NCBI RefSeq assembly: GCF_009914755.1
Contig: NC_060934.1
Direction: 5' to 3' (one strand)
Length of the DNA stretch: 64,000 nucleotides
DNA from: the human T2T-CHM13v2.0 reference genome, Homo sapiens
In this document: positions 1 to 14,305 of the stretch, piece by piece
How the letters are laid out: the number at the start of each line of letters is the position of its first letter
Position numbering within the stretch: the first letter of the stretch is position 1
The notes under the pieces: model-generated
Seen by the model: the letters and a program-made list of their open reading frames with translations, nothing else
Told to the model about the DNA's origin: nothing
The model's database searches: none
Made by a program: the position numbers and the translations under genes

Positions 1-241
1 GGCACAATCATAGCTTGCTGTAACCTCAAACTCCTAGGCTCAAGCAATCCTTCCACCTCAGCACCCTGAGTAGCTGGGACTACAGGCACGTGCCACCATG
101 CTTGGCTATTTATTTTTTATTTTTTTAAAAGATGCGGGTCTTGCTGTATTTCCCAGGCCAGTCTCTCCTGGCCCCAAGTGGTCCTCCCACTTCAAATTCC
201 TAAAATGTTGAGATTATAGGTGTCAGGCACCACACCCAGCC
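1..241 (-). mobile_element. Alu (AluJ-like), cut by the window start
   Basis: ctcctaggctcaagcaatcc...tagctgggactacagg...cacacccagcc. Confidence 0.9.
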
Positions 242-242
242 T

Positions 243-780
243 TATGTGTCAACCTAACTGGGTCACAGAGTGCTTACACATTGGGTCAGACACTATTCTG
301 GGTGTGTCTGTGAGGGTGTTTCTGTCTAAGATTAATATTTGCATAGCTAGACCGAGTAAAGCAGGTGGTTCTCCCTCGTGTGGGTGGACTTCGTCCAGTC
401 AACTGAAGACCTGAATAGAACAAAAGGCTAAGAGGGAACGCCTCCTGCCTGACGGTCCTCAGCTGGAACATTGGTATTTTCTGCCTTTGGACTCAAACTG
501 AAATGTTGGCTGTCTCAGGGTCTTGAGCCTGCCAGCCTTCAGACTGGAACCTACATTGGCTCTTCTGGTTCTCAGGCCTTCAGACTCGGACTGGACCTAC
601 ACCATTGGCTCTCCTGGGTCTCCAGCCCGCCAACTACAGGTGGTGGGTCTTCTCAGCCCCCATGATCACATGAGCCAATTCCTTATGTTTTTGTATCATA
701 TATATCTTATGTATATGGTATAAATATATACACACACACACACACACACACATATATATTCTACTGATTCTGTTTCTCTT
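243..780 (+). mobile_element. MLT2-family (ERVL) LTR with internal (CA)n at ~729-752
   Basis: ttatgtgtcaac...ctgggtgtgtctgtgagggtgtttc...gaatagaacaaaaagg resembles the MLT2 consensus. Confidence 0.8.
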
Positions 781-949
781 ACACATATTGTCTTTTTTCT
801 ATTTATAAAACCAAAATGCACATGTAAAAATTCAAATGTTACATAATTATATAATATAGAGAATTAGCATTGCCTACAATCCTATTACAGTAATAGTTGG
901 TATAGGTTTCTGCATTTGCTTAGCTGCAAAGACCACCACTCCTTTCCTA

Positions 950-1348
<399 letters not shown>

Positions 1349-2238
1349 AGAGGAACAAGGCCCTGCAAGGAGAGACAGGACACACAGTTTCACCTGTGGC
1401 AGAGCACTGTAGGAAGATATGACCATGAAACAACTGTGTAAAATAAAATAAAATTAGGTAAGCCTTTTAATGAATTGCTAAAGGCCAAGAGGGGGCTAAT
1501 GTGTCCATCTGGAGTAGCTGGGGACCCCAGATGCAAAGGGAGTTCAACATCTTTCTCCAGGCTCCCACCAGATGCACAGAAGACCTAAGAGGTAGCCCAA
1601 CTTGGTGGTTCAGGTCTGCAGGAGGGGACCTTCAGCTGCTGGAGAAAGGCACGGAGCCTCGTCCACTTCCTCAGGTTCTTCTCTCCAATGAAGTAAATTT
1701 GAGAATCCACTGGGAGGTTGGGCATTACACCATCCACCCCCAGGAACATGTAAAAGTGCACTGTGGCTGGGGGAAGTAGAACACACATCCTTTTATCCCT
1801 GTGGGAGGGGTAAGAAGCCATCCAGGGCCCAGGATCCTTTAGCGATACCAACCAGAAATTGACTACCTCTGGTGGAAGAGGGAGCAAGAAACAGCCAAGA
1901 CATGCCTAAGACTAAGGCGGGATGAGGACAGCAGAAAAGCCTCCTGCCTTACTATGAGCCTGGTCTACCAGTGGGGGAGGGCGGGGCATGGAGAGAGACA
2001 CCCTCCGTATTGCAGAAAGCTGAGTGTGGAGTCTAAACAATCCTTTGGCACCCCAGCTCCACTGTAAGCACAAGTCAACAGTAATCCACCACTTAAGGAA
2101 TTTGAAGCCTATGGAGCTCTGAAAGCAAGAATAGCAACACAAACCCCAAATCCAGCTCAACCCCTGAGGCGACTAACTCAATTTCCCACAATAATGGCCT
2201 GAAAGAATCAGTGGCATGCCTGTTTCCAGTGTACATAC

Positions 2239-2665
2239 TGTATTAGTCAGGGTTCTTCAGAGAACTAGAACCAATTGGATGTGTATATATGTATAGGCAG
2301 AGGGAGAGAGAGAGATTGAGAGATTTTAATTAATTGGCTCATGCAGTTGTGGGACCTGGGCAATTCCAAATTCTGCAGGACAGGCCAGCAGGCTGGTGAC
2401 TCAGGGAAGAGTTGATTTTGGAGCTTGGGTTCAAGAAGCAAAATGCCACCTTCTTTGGTGGACCTTAGTCTTTTTCTCTTAAAGTCTTCAACTGATTGGA
2501 TGAGGCCCACCACATTATGGAGGGCAATATGCTTTACTCAAAGTCACTGATTTAAATTTTAATCTCATCTCAAAAATACCTTCACAGCAACATCTAGACT
2601 GGTGTGTGACCAAATATCTGAGTACCCTGGCCTAGCCAAGTTGACACATAAAATTAATAATGACA
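2239..2665 (-). mobile_element. MLT2 solo LTR with 5-bp TSD (CATAC)
   Basis: TG...CA termini. catac at 2234-2238 and 2666-2670. tgtattagtcagggttct is the reverse-strand MLT2 end. Confidence 0.85.
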
Positions 2666-3449
2666 CATACTGTTCACTACTGTCTCTTCTATTGTTGGAA
2701 TTCTATTGATTTTCAACAAAAAATTAGAAGACACACAAAATGCAAAGAAGAAAAACATTGTCAAGAAATAAAACAACAGAATCAGACTCAGATATAACAT
2801 TGTCAGATATGAACATTAAAATAACTCTGATTAATATGTTGGAAGATCTAGTGGGAAAGGATGCATTTCAGTAGAGAAAAACTACAAGAAAGAGCCTAAT
2901 GGAGATGCTAGAAGTGAAAAAATATATTAAAATGAAGAATTCCTTTGATGAGCTTATTAGTAAACTTAGCACAGCTGAGGAATATATCAGTGACCTTAAA
3001 GAGGTCAAAAGAAATTAATCCAGATGGAAACACAAAGAGAAATCAGAATGAAAGAGAACAGAGCATCAAAGAACTATGGGATAATATCAAAATGCCTAGC
3101 AGAGGTGTCATTTTAGCCCCAGAATGAGAAAAGAAATGAATGCAGAAGAATAAGTATTTAAAGAAATAAGTGGTAACATTTTTCCAGAATTATTGAGACA
3201 TATCAAACCACAGATACAAGAAATTCTGAGAACCTCAAGCAGGAAAGACCACACACACACACACGCACACACACACACCAGAGTGGCTTAGCATCAAACT
3301 ATGAAAACCAAAGAAAACAAGAAAATCTCTAAGGCAATCTCCCACAACACACACACACCAAAACCGTGAATTACAGAGGAACAAAGATAAAAATGATAGC
3401 AGACTTCTCATTAGAAATTATGCAAGTTAAAAACAATGAATTGACAAGT

Positions 3450-3560
3450 TAATTTTTATTTTTAATTTTTGTGGGTACTTAGTAGGTGTATACTTATGAG
3501 GTACATAAGATGTTTCGATTCAGGCATGCCATGTGAAAGGGAAATGAACACATCATGGAT
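3450..3560 (-). mobile_element. L1MA 3'-end fragment
   Basis: tttttgtgggtac..agtaggtgtata...caggcatgc resembles the L1MA 3'UTR in reverse. Confidence 0.65.
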
Positions 3561-3904
3561 TGAGACTTTAAAGTACTGAGTGGGAGAAAAAATAACCCAT
3601 CTATTCACAATTCTACGGCCAGGGAAAATACCCTTCAAAAATAAAAGCAGAAAACAAAAGCAAAAATCCTTTCTGACAACAAAGGCAGAACAAATTCACT
3701 GTCAGCAGACCCATGATACAAGCAAGGTTAGAAGAAGTTCTTCAGGAAGAAGTATGATACCAAACAGCAGCTTGGATCTACACAAAGAAATGAAGAAATT
3801 CTGGAAATGGTAAAAAAATTAAGTATATAAAAGCACTTTCTTTCATTATTTTAAATGTAATTTGACTTAAAAAGATTATCTTTAAAAATAATCCTGCTTT
3901 AATG

Positions 3905-4058
3905 AGGACAAATACCTAATGCAAATGGGGCTTTTAAAACCTAGGTGACGGGTTGATGGGTGCAGCAAACCACCATGGCATATGTATACCTATGTAACAA
4001 ACCTGCAAGTTCTGCACATGTATCCCAGAACTTAGAGTAAAATTAAAACAAAAAAAAT
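3905..4058 (+). mobile_element. L1PA 3'-end fragment
   Basis: gggtgcagcaaaccaccatggca...tatgtaacaaacctgca...tatcccagaactta followed by an A tail. Confidence 0.85.
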
Positions 4059-4284
4059 CATACTTTAACCTTTGTTTCAAAGTCTATCACAGAATTTTAG
4101 TATGTGTAAAAGTAAAATGCATGCTAAAATTGCACAAGGAATGAGAGGAAGAAATCAGAAGTAAACTGTTGTAAGATTCTTACGCTATAGTTGAAGTTGT
4201 ATATTATTTGAATGTAGACTGTGATAAATTAATGACATATGTTGTAAACATGAAAACAACCACTCACTTCTTAAAAGAGATCTA

Positions 4285-5045
4285 TTTACATTAGTTTCCC
4301 ATGGCTGCTGTCACAAATTACCATAAACATACTTGCTTAAGACAATACAAATTGGCTGGGCGTGGTGGCTCATGCCTGTAATCCCAGCACTTTGGGAGGC
4401 CGAGGCCGGTGGAACACGAGGTCAGGGGTTCAAGACCTGCCTGGCCAAGATGGTGAAACCCCATCTCTACTAAAAATACAACAATTAGCCGGGAGTAGTG
4501 GTGGGCGCTTGTAATCCCAGCTACCTGAGAAGCTGAGGCACAGAATTGCTTGAACCCAGGAGGTGGAGGTTGCAGTGAGCCGAGATTACACCACTGCACT
4601 CCAGCCTGGGCGACAGAGTGAGACTCTGTCTCAAAAACAAACAAACAAACAAACAAACAAGAACAACAAAAAACCCACAGATTTAAGTCTGAAATGGGTT
4701 TCACTGGGCTAAAGTCAAGATGCTGGTAGGTTGCATTATTTTGGAGGCTCTAGGGGAGAGAACATTCCTTGCCTTTTCTAACTGCTTCTAGAGGTTGCCT
4801 GTATTCCTCGGCTTGTGGCTTCTTCCTCCATCTTCAAAGCCAACATAGCATCATCACCTGAATCTCTGCTTCTGTATCATCTTCTTCTCTGACTCTCACT
4901 CTCCTACATTCCTCCTGCACTTTTCAGTACCCTTGTGATTACATTGGACCCATTGGGTAATCCAGATAATCTTCCCATATTAAAATTCTTAACTTAATTA
5001 CCTCTGCAAAGTTCCTTTTGCTATGTAAGTTAACACATTCATAGG
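4285..5045 (-). mobile_element. MLT1-family (MaLR) LTR interrupted by an Alu
   Basis: attagtttccc.tggctgctgt.acaaattacca...ggaggctctaggggaga...ccatcttcaaagcca. Confidence 0.75.
4354..4675 (+). mobile_element. AluS with (AAAC)n tail
   Basis: Full Alu dimer. Confidence 0.95.
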
Positions 5046-5631
5046 TAGAAAGAGAGATGAAAGGAACAAAACACAAATGGATAGTATTTGGATGACAATT
5101 TAAAATTCAAACATATTATAATAACATTACATGTAAATAGTCTAAATATTGCAATTAAAGCTTATTCTATTAAGACATATATGGTAAACCCTAGAGAAAC
5201 TACTAAAAAAAACCCTCAAAAAATATAATGAAAAAAATCACATTTAATTAATGAAAATTTCAATACTATATTGGAAAATATTCACTTGATGCAAAAGACA
5301 ATATTAAAGAAGAAATAGAGGAACAAAAATGACATGAGACACAAGAAAAACAAAAGGTAAGTTGGCAGATGCAAATCCAAATATGCTAATGACGACATGA
5401 AATATAAATTGATTAAGCAATCTGATCAAAAGACTGAGCTAGACCGCATTAAAAAAACCAGATCCAACTATATGGTGTCTATAGGAGACAAGCTTTTAAA
5501 TACATACAGAAATAGACTGAAAGTAAAAGGATGGAGAAAGACACATTAGCTTATATAACAGCAACCACATGAAAGCTAAAGTGGCTACAATAATATCAAA
5601 CAAAATATAATTTAAAACAACAAATGTTACT

Positions 5632-5763
5632 GGAGGCATGGTGGCTCACACTTGTAATCCCAGCACTTTGGGAGGCTGAGGTGGGAGAATCACTTGAAAC
5701 CAGGAGTTCAAGACCAGCCTAGACAACATAGTGAAAACTTGTCTCTATTTAAAAACAAAACCA
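5632..5763 (+). mobile_element. Alu monomer (FLAM-like) with 17-bp TSD
   Basis: aacaaatgttactggag at 5619-5635 and 5764-5780. Confidence 0.85.
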
Positions 5764-7411
5764 AACAAATGTTACTGGAGATAAAGAGGGACATTGTATA
5801 ATGGTGAATTCATTGGAGAGATATAACAATTAGATACATATATGTGCCCCATAAAAGAATACCAAAGTACCCGAAGCACAACCTGACAGAAATAAAGGGA
5901 GAAATAACAATTTAACAATAATAGAGACTTCAATAATGAATAGAACAACTACACAGAAGATTAACAGGGAAAGAGGACTAGAACAAAACTGTACATGAAC
6001 CAGAACTAGCAGACATCAATAGAACCCTCTGCCTAACAACAACAAAGGGTACCTTCTTCTCAAGCACACGTAGAACCTTCTCTAGGGCAGGCCATCTGGC
6101 TAGACTATAAACAAACCTCTGTACATTTAAAGGACAGGAATAATGTGACGCATGTTTTCCAAGCACAATGGAATGAAATTAAAAGTCAATTGCAGGGAAA
6201 ATTTGAGGGAACTCATAAATAAGTAGACATTAACAATTAAACAACACAGATCTTCTGGGATGCAGCTAAAGCAGTGATTAGAGGAAAACTTATAACTGGA
6301 AATGCCTACATTAATGAAGAATAAAGGTTTCGAATGAGTAACCTAATCTTTCATCTTAAAACACTGGGAAAAGAAGACAAAATAAACCCAGAGCAAGAAA
6401 AAGGAAGGAAATAAATATTAAGGCAGAAATTAATAAAATAGAGATGAGAAAAGCTGTGGAGAAAAATCAATGATCCAAAAGCCAGCTTTTCATAGAAAGA
6501 TCAACAAAATTGACAAACCTTTAGTCAGTTTGATGAAGAAAAAAGAGAGAAGACTCAACTTAGTTGAATTATAAATTAAAGAGGGAATATTATTACCAGC
6601 CTTTCAGAAAGAAAAAGGATTAAAGAGGACTAGTATGAACAATTATATTGCAACAAATTAGGTAACTTACATGAAATGCACAAATTCCTAGAAAGACACA
6701 GACTTCAAAAATATATAAGCTGAATAGACCGCTAGTAAGTGAAGAGACTAAAGCAGTAATCAAAATCTACCTGCAAAGAAAAGCCTAGGTCCAGATGGCC
6801 TCTGGGCTGCATTCTACCTATCACTCAAAGAAGAATTAATACCAATTTTTTACAAACTCTTCCAAAAAATAGAAGAGAAGGGAACAGTTTCCCTGTTATT
6901 CTATGAGGCCAGTATTACCCTGATGTCAAAACCAAAGACATCACAAGAGAAGAAAACTATGGACCAATATCGCTTATGAATATGGCCACAAAAATCCCCA
7001 ACAAAATACTAGCAAATGAATACAGCAACATATAAAATGAATTATACATCTTGACCAAGTGTGATTTATCCCAAGGGTGTAAGGTTGGTTTAACATCTGA
7101 AAATCTATTAATATAATATATATTATAATTACATAATATATAATAGCATATAATATAATTTCAATAGAATAAAAACAAAAATTACATGATTATCTTAATA
7201 GATGCAGAAGAAGCATTCAACAAAATCCAAAACCCTTTCATTATTAAAAAAAAAAACCACTGAATGAGCTAGTAATAGAAGGAATCTTTCTCAATATGTA
7301 AAGGACATCCATGACAAACCTAGAGCTAACATCATATTTAATGGTGAAAGACTGAATGCTTTCCCCTTAAGATCAGAAGTAAGACATGATATTTGCTTTT
7401 GCTTTCGGAAC

Positions 7412-7727
7412 TTTTTTTTTTTTTTGACACAGGGTCTTACTGTGTTGCTCAGGCTAGAGTGAGTGCAGAGCTGGAGTGCAGTGCTGCAATCACGGCTCCC
7501 TGAAGCTTGACCTTCCAGGCTAAGGTGATCATCCCACCTCAGCCTCCTGAGTAGCTGGGACCACAAGCACACACCACCACACCTGGCTAGTTTTTTGTTT
7601 TTGTTTTTGGTAGAGATGGGGTTTCGCCATGTTGCCCAGGCTGGTCTGAAACTCCCGGACTCAAGCGGTCTATCCCCTTGGCTTCTCAGAGTGTTGGGAT
7701 TATAGCTGTGAGCCACTGCACCCAGCT
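7412..7727 (-). mobile_element. AluJ
   Basis: Reverse Alu dimer with leading poly(T). Confidence 0.9.
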
Positions 7728-8617
7728 TGCTTTTGGAACTTCTGTTCAGAATTGTACTGGAGTCTGTAGTTGGGGCAATTAGGAAAAACAAAGAAGCATC
7801 TGGTTCATAAAGGAAGAAATAAAACTGTCTCTACTGTCAGATTACATAATATTTTACATAGAAAAGCTTAAGGAATCCACTACAAATTATTACAACTCAT
7901 AAAAAATTGTATCACAATTGCAGGATATAAGCTCAACATACAAAAAAATCAGTTGTATTTTTATACATTTGCAATGATAAATCCAAAAATGGAATTAAGA
8001 TAATTCTATCCACAATAGAATACTTAGGAATAAATTTAACAACAAAAGTGCAAAACATATTCTGAAAACTACAAAACATGGTTGAAAAAAATAAAGAAGA
8101 TCTAAACAAATGAAAAAACATTCCATATTCATGGATTGGAAAACTTAATATAGTTAAGATGGCAGTACTCCTCAAATTTATCTACAGATTCAATGTAACC
8201 CTTATCAGAGTCTCAGATGACTTCCTTATACAAATTGACAAGCTGATTCTAAAATTCATACAAAATTATAAGGGGTCCAGACTGACTTAAACAATCCCCA
8301 AAAACAATAATAAAATAGGAGTACTCACACTTCCTGATTTCAAAACTTATGAAAGCAATGATAATAAAGACAGTGTGGTATTGGCAGAAGGATAGATATG
8401 AGTAGAATTGAGATTACAGAAATAAACTCATACATCTATGGTCAACTGATTTTCAACAAAGATGCCAAGAGCATTCAGTGGGAAAAGAATAATCTTAACA
8501 AGTGGTGCTGGGACAACTGGATAATCACATAGAAAAGTATAAATCTCAACCCTTACCTCACATCATAAACAAAAATTAACTCAAAATGATCAAAGAAGCC
8601 TAAACCCCCCAAATAAA

Positions 8618-8822
8618 GCAAGACCCCCATCTCTACAAACAAATTAAAACGTAGCCAGTTGTAGTGGCACACCTATAGTACCAGCTACTCAGGAGACTGA
8701 GGCGGGAGGATCACTTGAGCCCAGCATTTTGAGGCTGTACTGAGCCATGATGGCACCACTGCACTCAGCTTGGGCCACAGAGTGAGACCCTCTCTAAAAT
8801 AACAAAAACAACAACAACAAAA
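8618..8822 (+). mobile_element. 5'-truncated AluJ
   Basis: Right arm plus (CAA)n tail. Confidence 0.85.
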
Positions 8823-10030
8823 ATGGATGAAAGACCTAAACATAAGGGCATAACTAGATAACTTTTTAAAGAAAATATAGGGATAAATTTTTGTGACATG
8901 TGCAAACATCGTGTCTTATTCCTGATCTTAAGAGGAAAGCATCCAGTCTTTCAGATTTGCCAAATGATTCATAGATATGAAAACAAAGCATGAGCAACAG
9001 AAGGGAACAAAAATAGAAAAAGATAGATTAAGACTTCATCAAAATTTAAAACTTTTGTGGTTCTCCCACACAATGGAAGAAAATATTTGCAAATCATATA
9101 TCAGATAAGGGACTTGTTTTTAGAATATATGAAGAGCTCTGACAACTCCATGATAAAAAGACAAATATCCCAATTTTAAAACATGCAAAAGATTTGAACA
9201 GACATTTCTCCAAAGAAGATGTACGATTGGCCAATAAGCACATGAGAAGATGCTCAACCTCATTAGTCACCAGGGAAACACAAATCAAACCCACAATGAG
9301 ATACCGCTTTATACCCGCTAGGGTGGTTAGATTAAAAAGTCAGATAATAGTAAATGTTTGCAAAGATGTGGAGAATTTGAAACTCTCGAGCATTGCTGTG
9401 GGATACAAAATGGTCCAACTGCTTTGGAAAACTGCCTGGCAGTTTCTGAGATGATTAAAGATAGAGTTATCCTATGACCCAGCAATACCATTCCTAGGTA
9501 TGCACCCAAGAGAAATGAAAACGCATCCATAGAAAAACCTGTACACAAACTTTTATAGCAGCGTTATTCATAACGGTCAAAAGGTAGAAACAACCCAAAT
9601 GTCCATCCATGGGCAAATGGATAAAGAAAATGTGGCATAGCCATACAATGAAATAGTATTTGGTTATAAAAAGAAATGAAGTACTGATACCTGCTACAAC
9701 CTGGATGAATCTTGAAAACATTATACTATGTGAAAGAAGTCAGTCACAAAAGACAACATAGTATATGATTCCATATGACGTGCCCAGAATAGATAAATCC
9801 ATAGAGATGGAAAATAGATTAGTGGTTGTTTAGGGTTGAAGAGAGTAGATGGGGCAGGGTATCAATGCATGTTGGCTGAAGTTACAAGGGTTCTTTATGG
9901 GATGATAAAAATGTTCTAAAATTGACTTTTGTGATTGTTGCATATATCTGTGAATATACTATCAACATTTTCATGGGTAAATTGTATAGTGTGTGAACTA
10001 TATCTCAGTAAATCTGTTTAAAAATATGTA

Positions 10031-10382
10031 TAGACAGTCCCTGACTTATGATGGTTCAACTTACAGTTTTTTCAGCTTTACAATATGCATTCAGTAGAAA
10101 CTGTACTTTGAGTACCCATAGGACTATTCTGTTTTTACTTTTGGTACAGTATTCCATAAATCACATGAAATATTCAGCACTTTCTTATAAGAAAGGATTT
10201 GTGTTAGATGATTTTGCCCAACTGTGGGCTAATGTAAATGTTCTGAGCACATTTAAGGTAGGCCAGGCTAAACTCTGATGTTTGGTAGGTTAGGGGTATT
10301 AAATGCATTCTCAACTTATGACATTTTCAATTTACATTGGGCTTATCAGGATGTAACCCCATCACAAGTTGAGGAGCATCTA
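10031..10382 (-). mobile_element. MER47A-like TcMar-Tigger MITE with TA target duplication
   Basis: Inverted termini tagacagtccctgacttatg / caagttgaggagcatcta flanked by TA. The interior matches my recollection of MER47A. Confidence 0.8.
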
Positions 10383-10693
10383 TATTAGCAAAGTCTCACA
10401 ATTCTTTGGGTGTGTAAGCTGTTTCCTCTGGAATCCTGCTGTTCCTCTGGAAAATGCTGAGATTCGACACCTATTATGGGTCTGGGGAGTGATTGTAGCA
10501 GGCCTTGAGCATCCCCTTTCAAACCTTATGAGGTTATCACAGTGCTTTTAAGCAAAGAAGTGTCTTTTCCTCAGACACAGGAGAGCAAGCTAATTCCATT
10601 GGTAAGGAAGAAACAGAGTAGCTTGAGGGTTCAAGTTGTTGGTTTCATTTTGATCCAATCAGGCGACTCCATTCCAAATTTCAGGATCTCATT

Positions 10694-11333
<640 letters not shown>

Positions 11334-12179
11334 TGAAATGATGTTGTAATTTAGCAACCTATGTGGTAAAATTTTTGTTTGATTTTAAGTGCTATTAGCC
11401 TAGTGCCTACAAGAAATAAGATAATCTTTTAGAGTTATCATGGAAGCTTTCTGGTTCTCAGGCTGTAATATAACCAGAAACTTTCTGGTTCTCTGGTTTA
11501 TGCCAAGAATTAAAGAACACAAGTTCTAAATTTTCTTTTGGTAAGCAATCAAGCGTCCTCAAAAGAATTTTCCCCACATCCCAGTCTTTATGGTCATGAT
11601 TACTACTGTAATGGTCAAGTGCTGCTGTCACCTGGTCTCCCAAGGCACATGCTTCTCTTGTCACTTAATTACAGGTGACAGCATAATTAATTGTGATGTC
11701 ACTGCATGCCATGGATTACTAACATACCATTTCCCACTGGTAGACATGTTGGAGTCCAAAAGCACAGCAAAATGCATCTCCAAATCTTATCTTGGTGGGG
11801 TTATCTTCTGGGACCACTTCTGGTATCAATTCCATATAGTCAGAGTCCAAACAGGAGACAGAAACAACACAGTAGTTTTAACAGGGAATATGTAAAAAAA
11901 ATTATTAATTATAACAGGAGTTTACCAACTAAAGGAAAAAGAGAATACTGAAGACTAAAGTACTATGACCCTGCCACATCCCCCTCTCCGAGAAACACCC
12001 AAGAATGATCAATACATACTATTTAAAAAAAAAAAAGACTAAAGTATTTCTCCAGTGCCCTGTACTGATAAAGCTTCATATAATTCCAGATGGCAAGGGA
12101 GAACAGTTACAGTATTACAAACAGGACAATGTAGGGAGGACTTAGAACTAAGAGACAATGGACTGATAATGGTGCATTG

Positions 12180-14110
12180 AGCATTGCTTTCTTATCAAAT
12201 CTGACAATCTCTGCCATTCAATTAAATGTTTATCACTTATATTTAATGTAATTCTCAATATAGTTAAATTTAAACCAACCATCTTGCTATTTATTTTGTT
12301 TGTCCCATCTGCCTTTTGTTCTCTGCTTGCCTTTTTTTGGATTGAGGTTTTTCTCCAAATTGATTTCATTTTTATCACCATTATTGGCTATTTGTTTATA
12401 TATATGTATAAAATGACAAGTGTTGATGAGGATGTGGAGAAACGAACCCTCATACATTGTTGGTGGAAATGTAAAATGTCACAGCTATATATACATATAT
12501 ATAATATATATTTATATATATAAATATATGTTATATATATAAATATATATTTAAGAGCTGGGGTCTCACTCTGTAACCCAGGCAGTAGCACAATCATAGT
12601 TCACTGCCATCTTGAACTTCTAGCCTGAAGAAATCCTCTTGCCTTAGCCTCTCAAAGTGTTGGAATTACAAATGTGAGCCACCATGCTCAGCCTAATTAT
12701 TCAGTCTATATTTTTAGTGGTTTCCCTAGGATTTACTATATATTGTTTAACTTATCAAAGACTAACTGCAAATAGTATTATACCACCTTACGTATTATGT
12801 ATATATTGCTGAATCAAATGATTAGGTTTAACTTTTTTAGGAATTGCCAAACTGTTTTCCAAAATGGCTGTGACACTTTACATTTCCACCAACAATGTAT
12901 GAGGGTTCCAGTTTCTCCACATCCTCATCAACACTTGATATTATCTTTTTTTATTCTTGCCATCCTAGTGAGTGTGAAGTGCTACTTCATTTATTTCTGA
13001 CTTGCATTTCTCTGATGATTAATGAGGTTGAGCATCTTCTCATGTACTTATTGGTCAGTTGTATATTTTCCTTGGAGATGAGTCTGTTCAGATCCTTTGA
13101 CTTTTTTAACTGGGCTATTTGTGTTTGTACTTTTGAGTTGCCAGAACTCTTTATATATTCTAAATACAAGTTCCTTATCAGATATGTGATTTTCATATAC
13201 ATTCTCTCATTATGTAGGGTGTTTCTTCACTGTCTTGATGGTGTCCCTTGAAGCACAAAAATTTTAAATTTGGATGAAGTCCAATTTATTTTTTGTTTTC
13301 AAAAGCACTTTAGGCTTCCACACACTATTTCAAAAATAAAATAAAATAAAAGTTCCTTTGTGGAGAGATTTGGATATCTTTCTCTTATGGATTGTTTCTC
13401 TTTCTGATGAGCCAGTATTCTGGGGACTGGGCAGGGTGGTAGCCTCTGATATTCTTGGCTTTCCTCTCCTAGCATAGAACCTGTGCTCTATGAGTGAGCT
13501 GGAGCAAGATTTGGGGTCCCAGTGTTTTTGGCCTTCTGAATCTGGGATGGAGCCACTATTCTATGGGTTAGGGCTGGGTGTAGAAAGAAACCCCCCACTT
13601 CTCAGCTGCACTCATCCAGAATTTAGCTTCTTTAACTTGGAGTTGGGAGAGATGGGCAAAATGTTATTGGTCTGCCTCTCCCACTAATATGTGAAAATAC
13701 TTGATTGGGAAGTGAGGGGAGAGGGAGCCTTGTCTTTTTGGCCACCCTCACCTTATGAGAAGATTCCATTAAGCTGAGCTGAAGGTGAAGGAAAAGGGAA
13801 TAGTTATGTGTCAAATGCCATAGACCTGCTGTTCTTATTGAGTTAGTTTTAGTGACGTCCCCACATACTATCTTTATAGTCATGATTACTGTTATGGTCA
13901 AGGGCTGCTTTTGCTCCTGGCCGGGAGATGAGCTCAAAGGTGAGCCAGGCCGAGGAGATGCCCCAAGGCAGAGTGGGAGCCTGACTTTCTTCATTTGCTC
14001 TGTATCCTTAGGACAATTTCCAGAGACTTTAAAGGTTAATTTTTAAAAAGCAGTTTTCACCAACATTGCTTGTTTCACAGGCAAGTGGGCTCATGGAACT
14101 CTTCACATTG
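12180..14110 (-). mobile_element. Old L1M fragments on the minus strand (ORF2 start, ORF2 end and probable 5' pieces), with an Alu monomer at ~12550-12693 and a (TA)-rich tract
   Basis: Peptides ILRITLNI...WQRLSDLIRKQ (endonuclease N-terminus) and [32 protein letters not shown]. Confidence 0.7.
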
Positions 14111-14182
14111 CCTCCAAGAAGTGGAACTCTTCACTTTTTTACTTTTAAGTTATTTGTATCTTTATGTTTCAAGTTGAATCTA

Positions 14183-14305
14183 TTAAAAGGAATAACCTTA
14201 GACAAGTTAAATTTAACAGTTTAATTGAGCAAAGAGTGATTCATGGATCAGACAGTTTTTGGAACCAGAACAGGCTCTAAGAACTCCAGCCTGAAGTGTG
14301 GTGGG
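14183..14305 (-). mobile_element. ERV1 LTR fragment (MER57-like)
   Basis: ttaaaaggaataaccttagacaagttaaatttaacagtttaattgagcaaag. Confidence 0.55.

Larger units (their letters stand above)
5170..10022 (+). mobile_element. L1MB-like element: decayed ORF2 through the 3' end, interrupted by three Alu-family inserts
   Basis: ORF2-like peptides ([30 protein letters not shown]), gtccagatgg, tatgaggccagtattaccctgat, and a typical L1M 3'UTR. Many stops and frameshifts. Confidence 0.9.

Noticed and set aside
5170-10022. Active L1 or domesticated reverse transcriptase
   Set aside because: ORF2 is broken by many stops, frameshifts and three Alu insertions. The longest L1-sense remnant in the ORF track is 86 aa.
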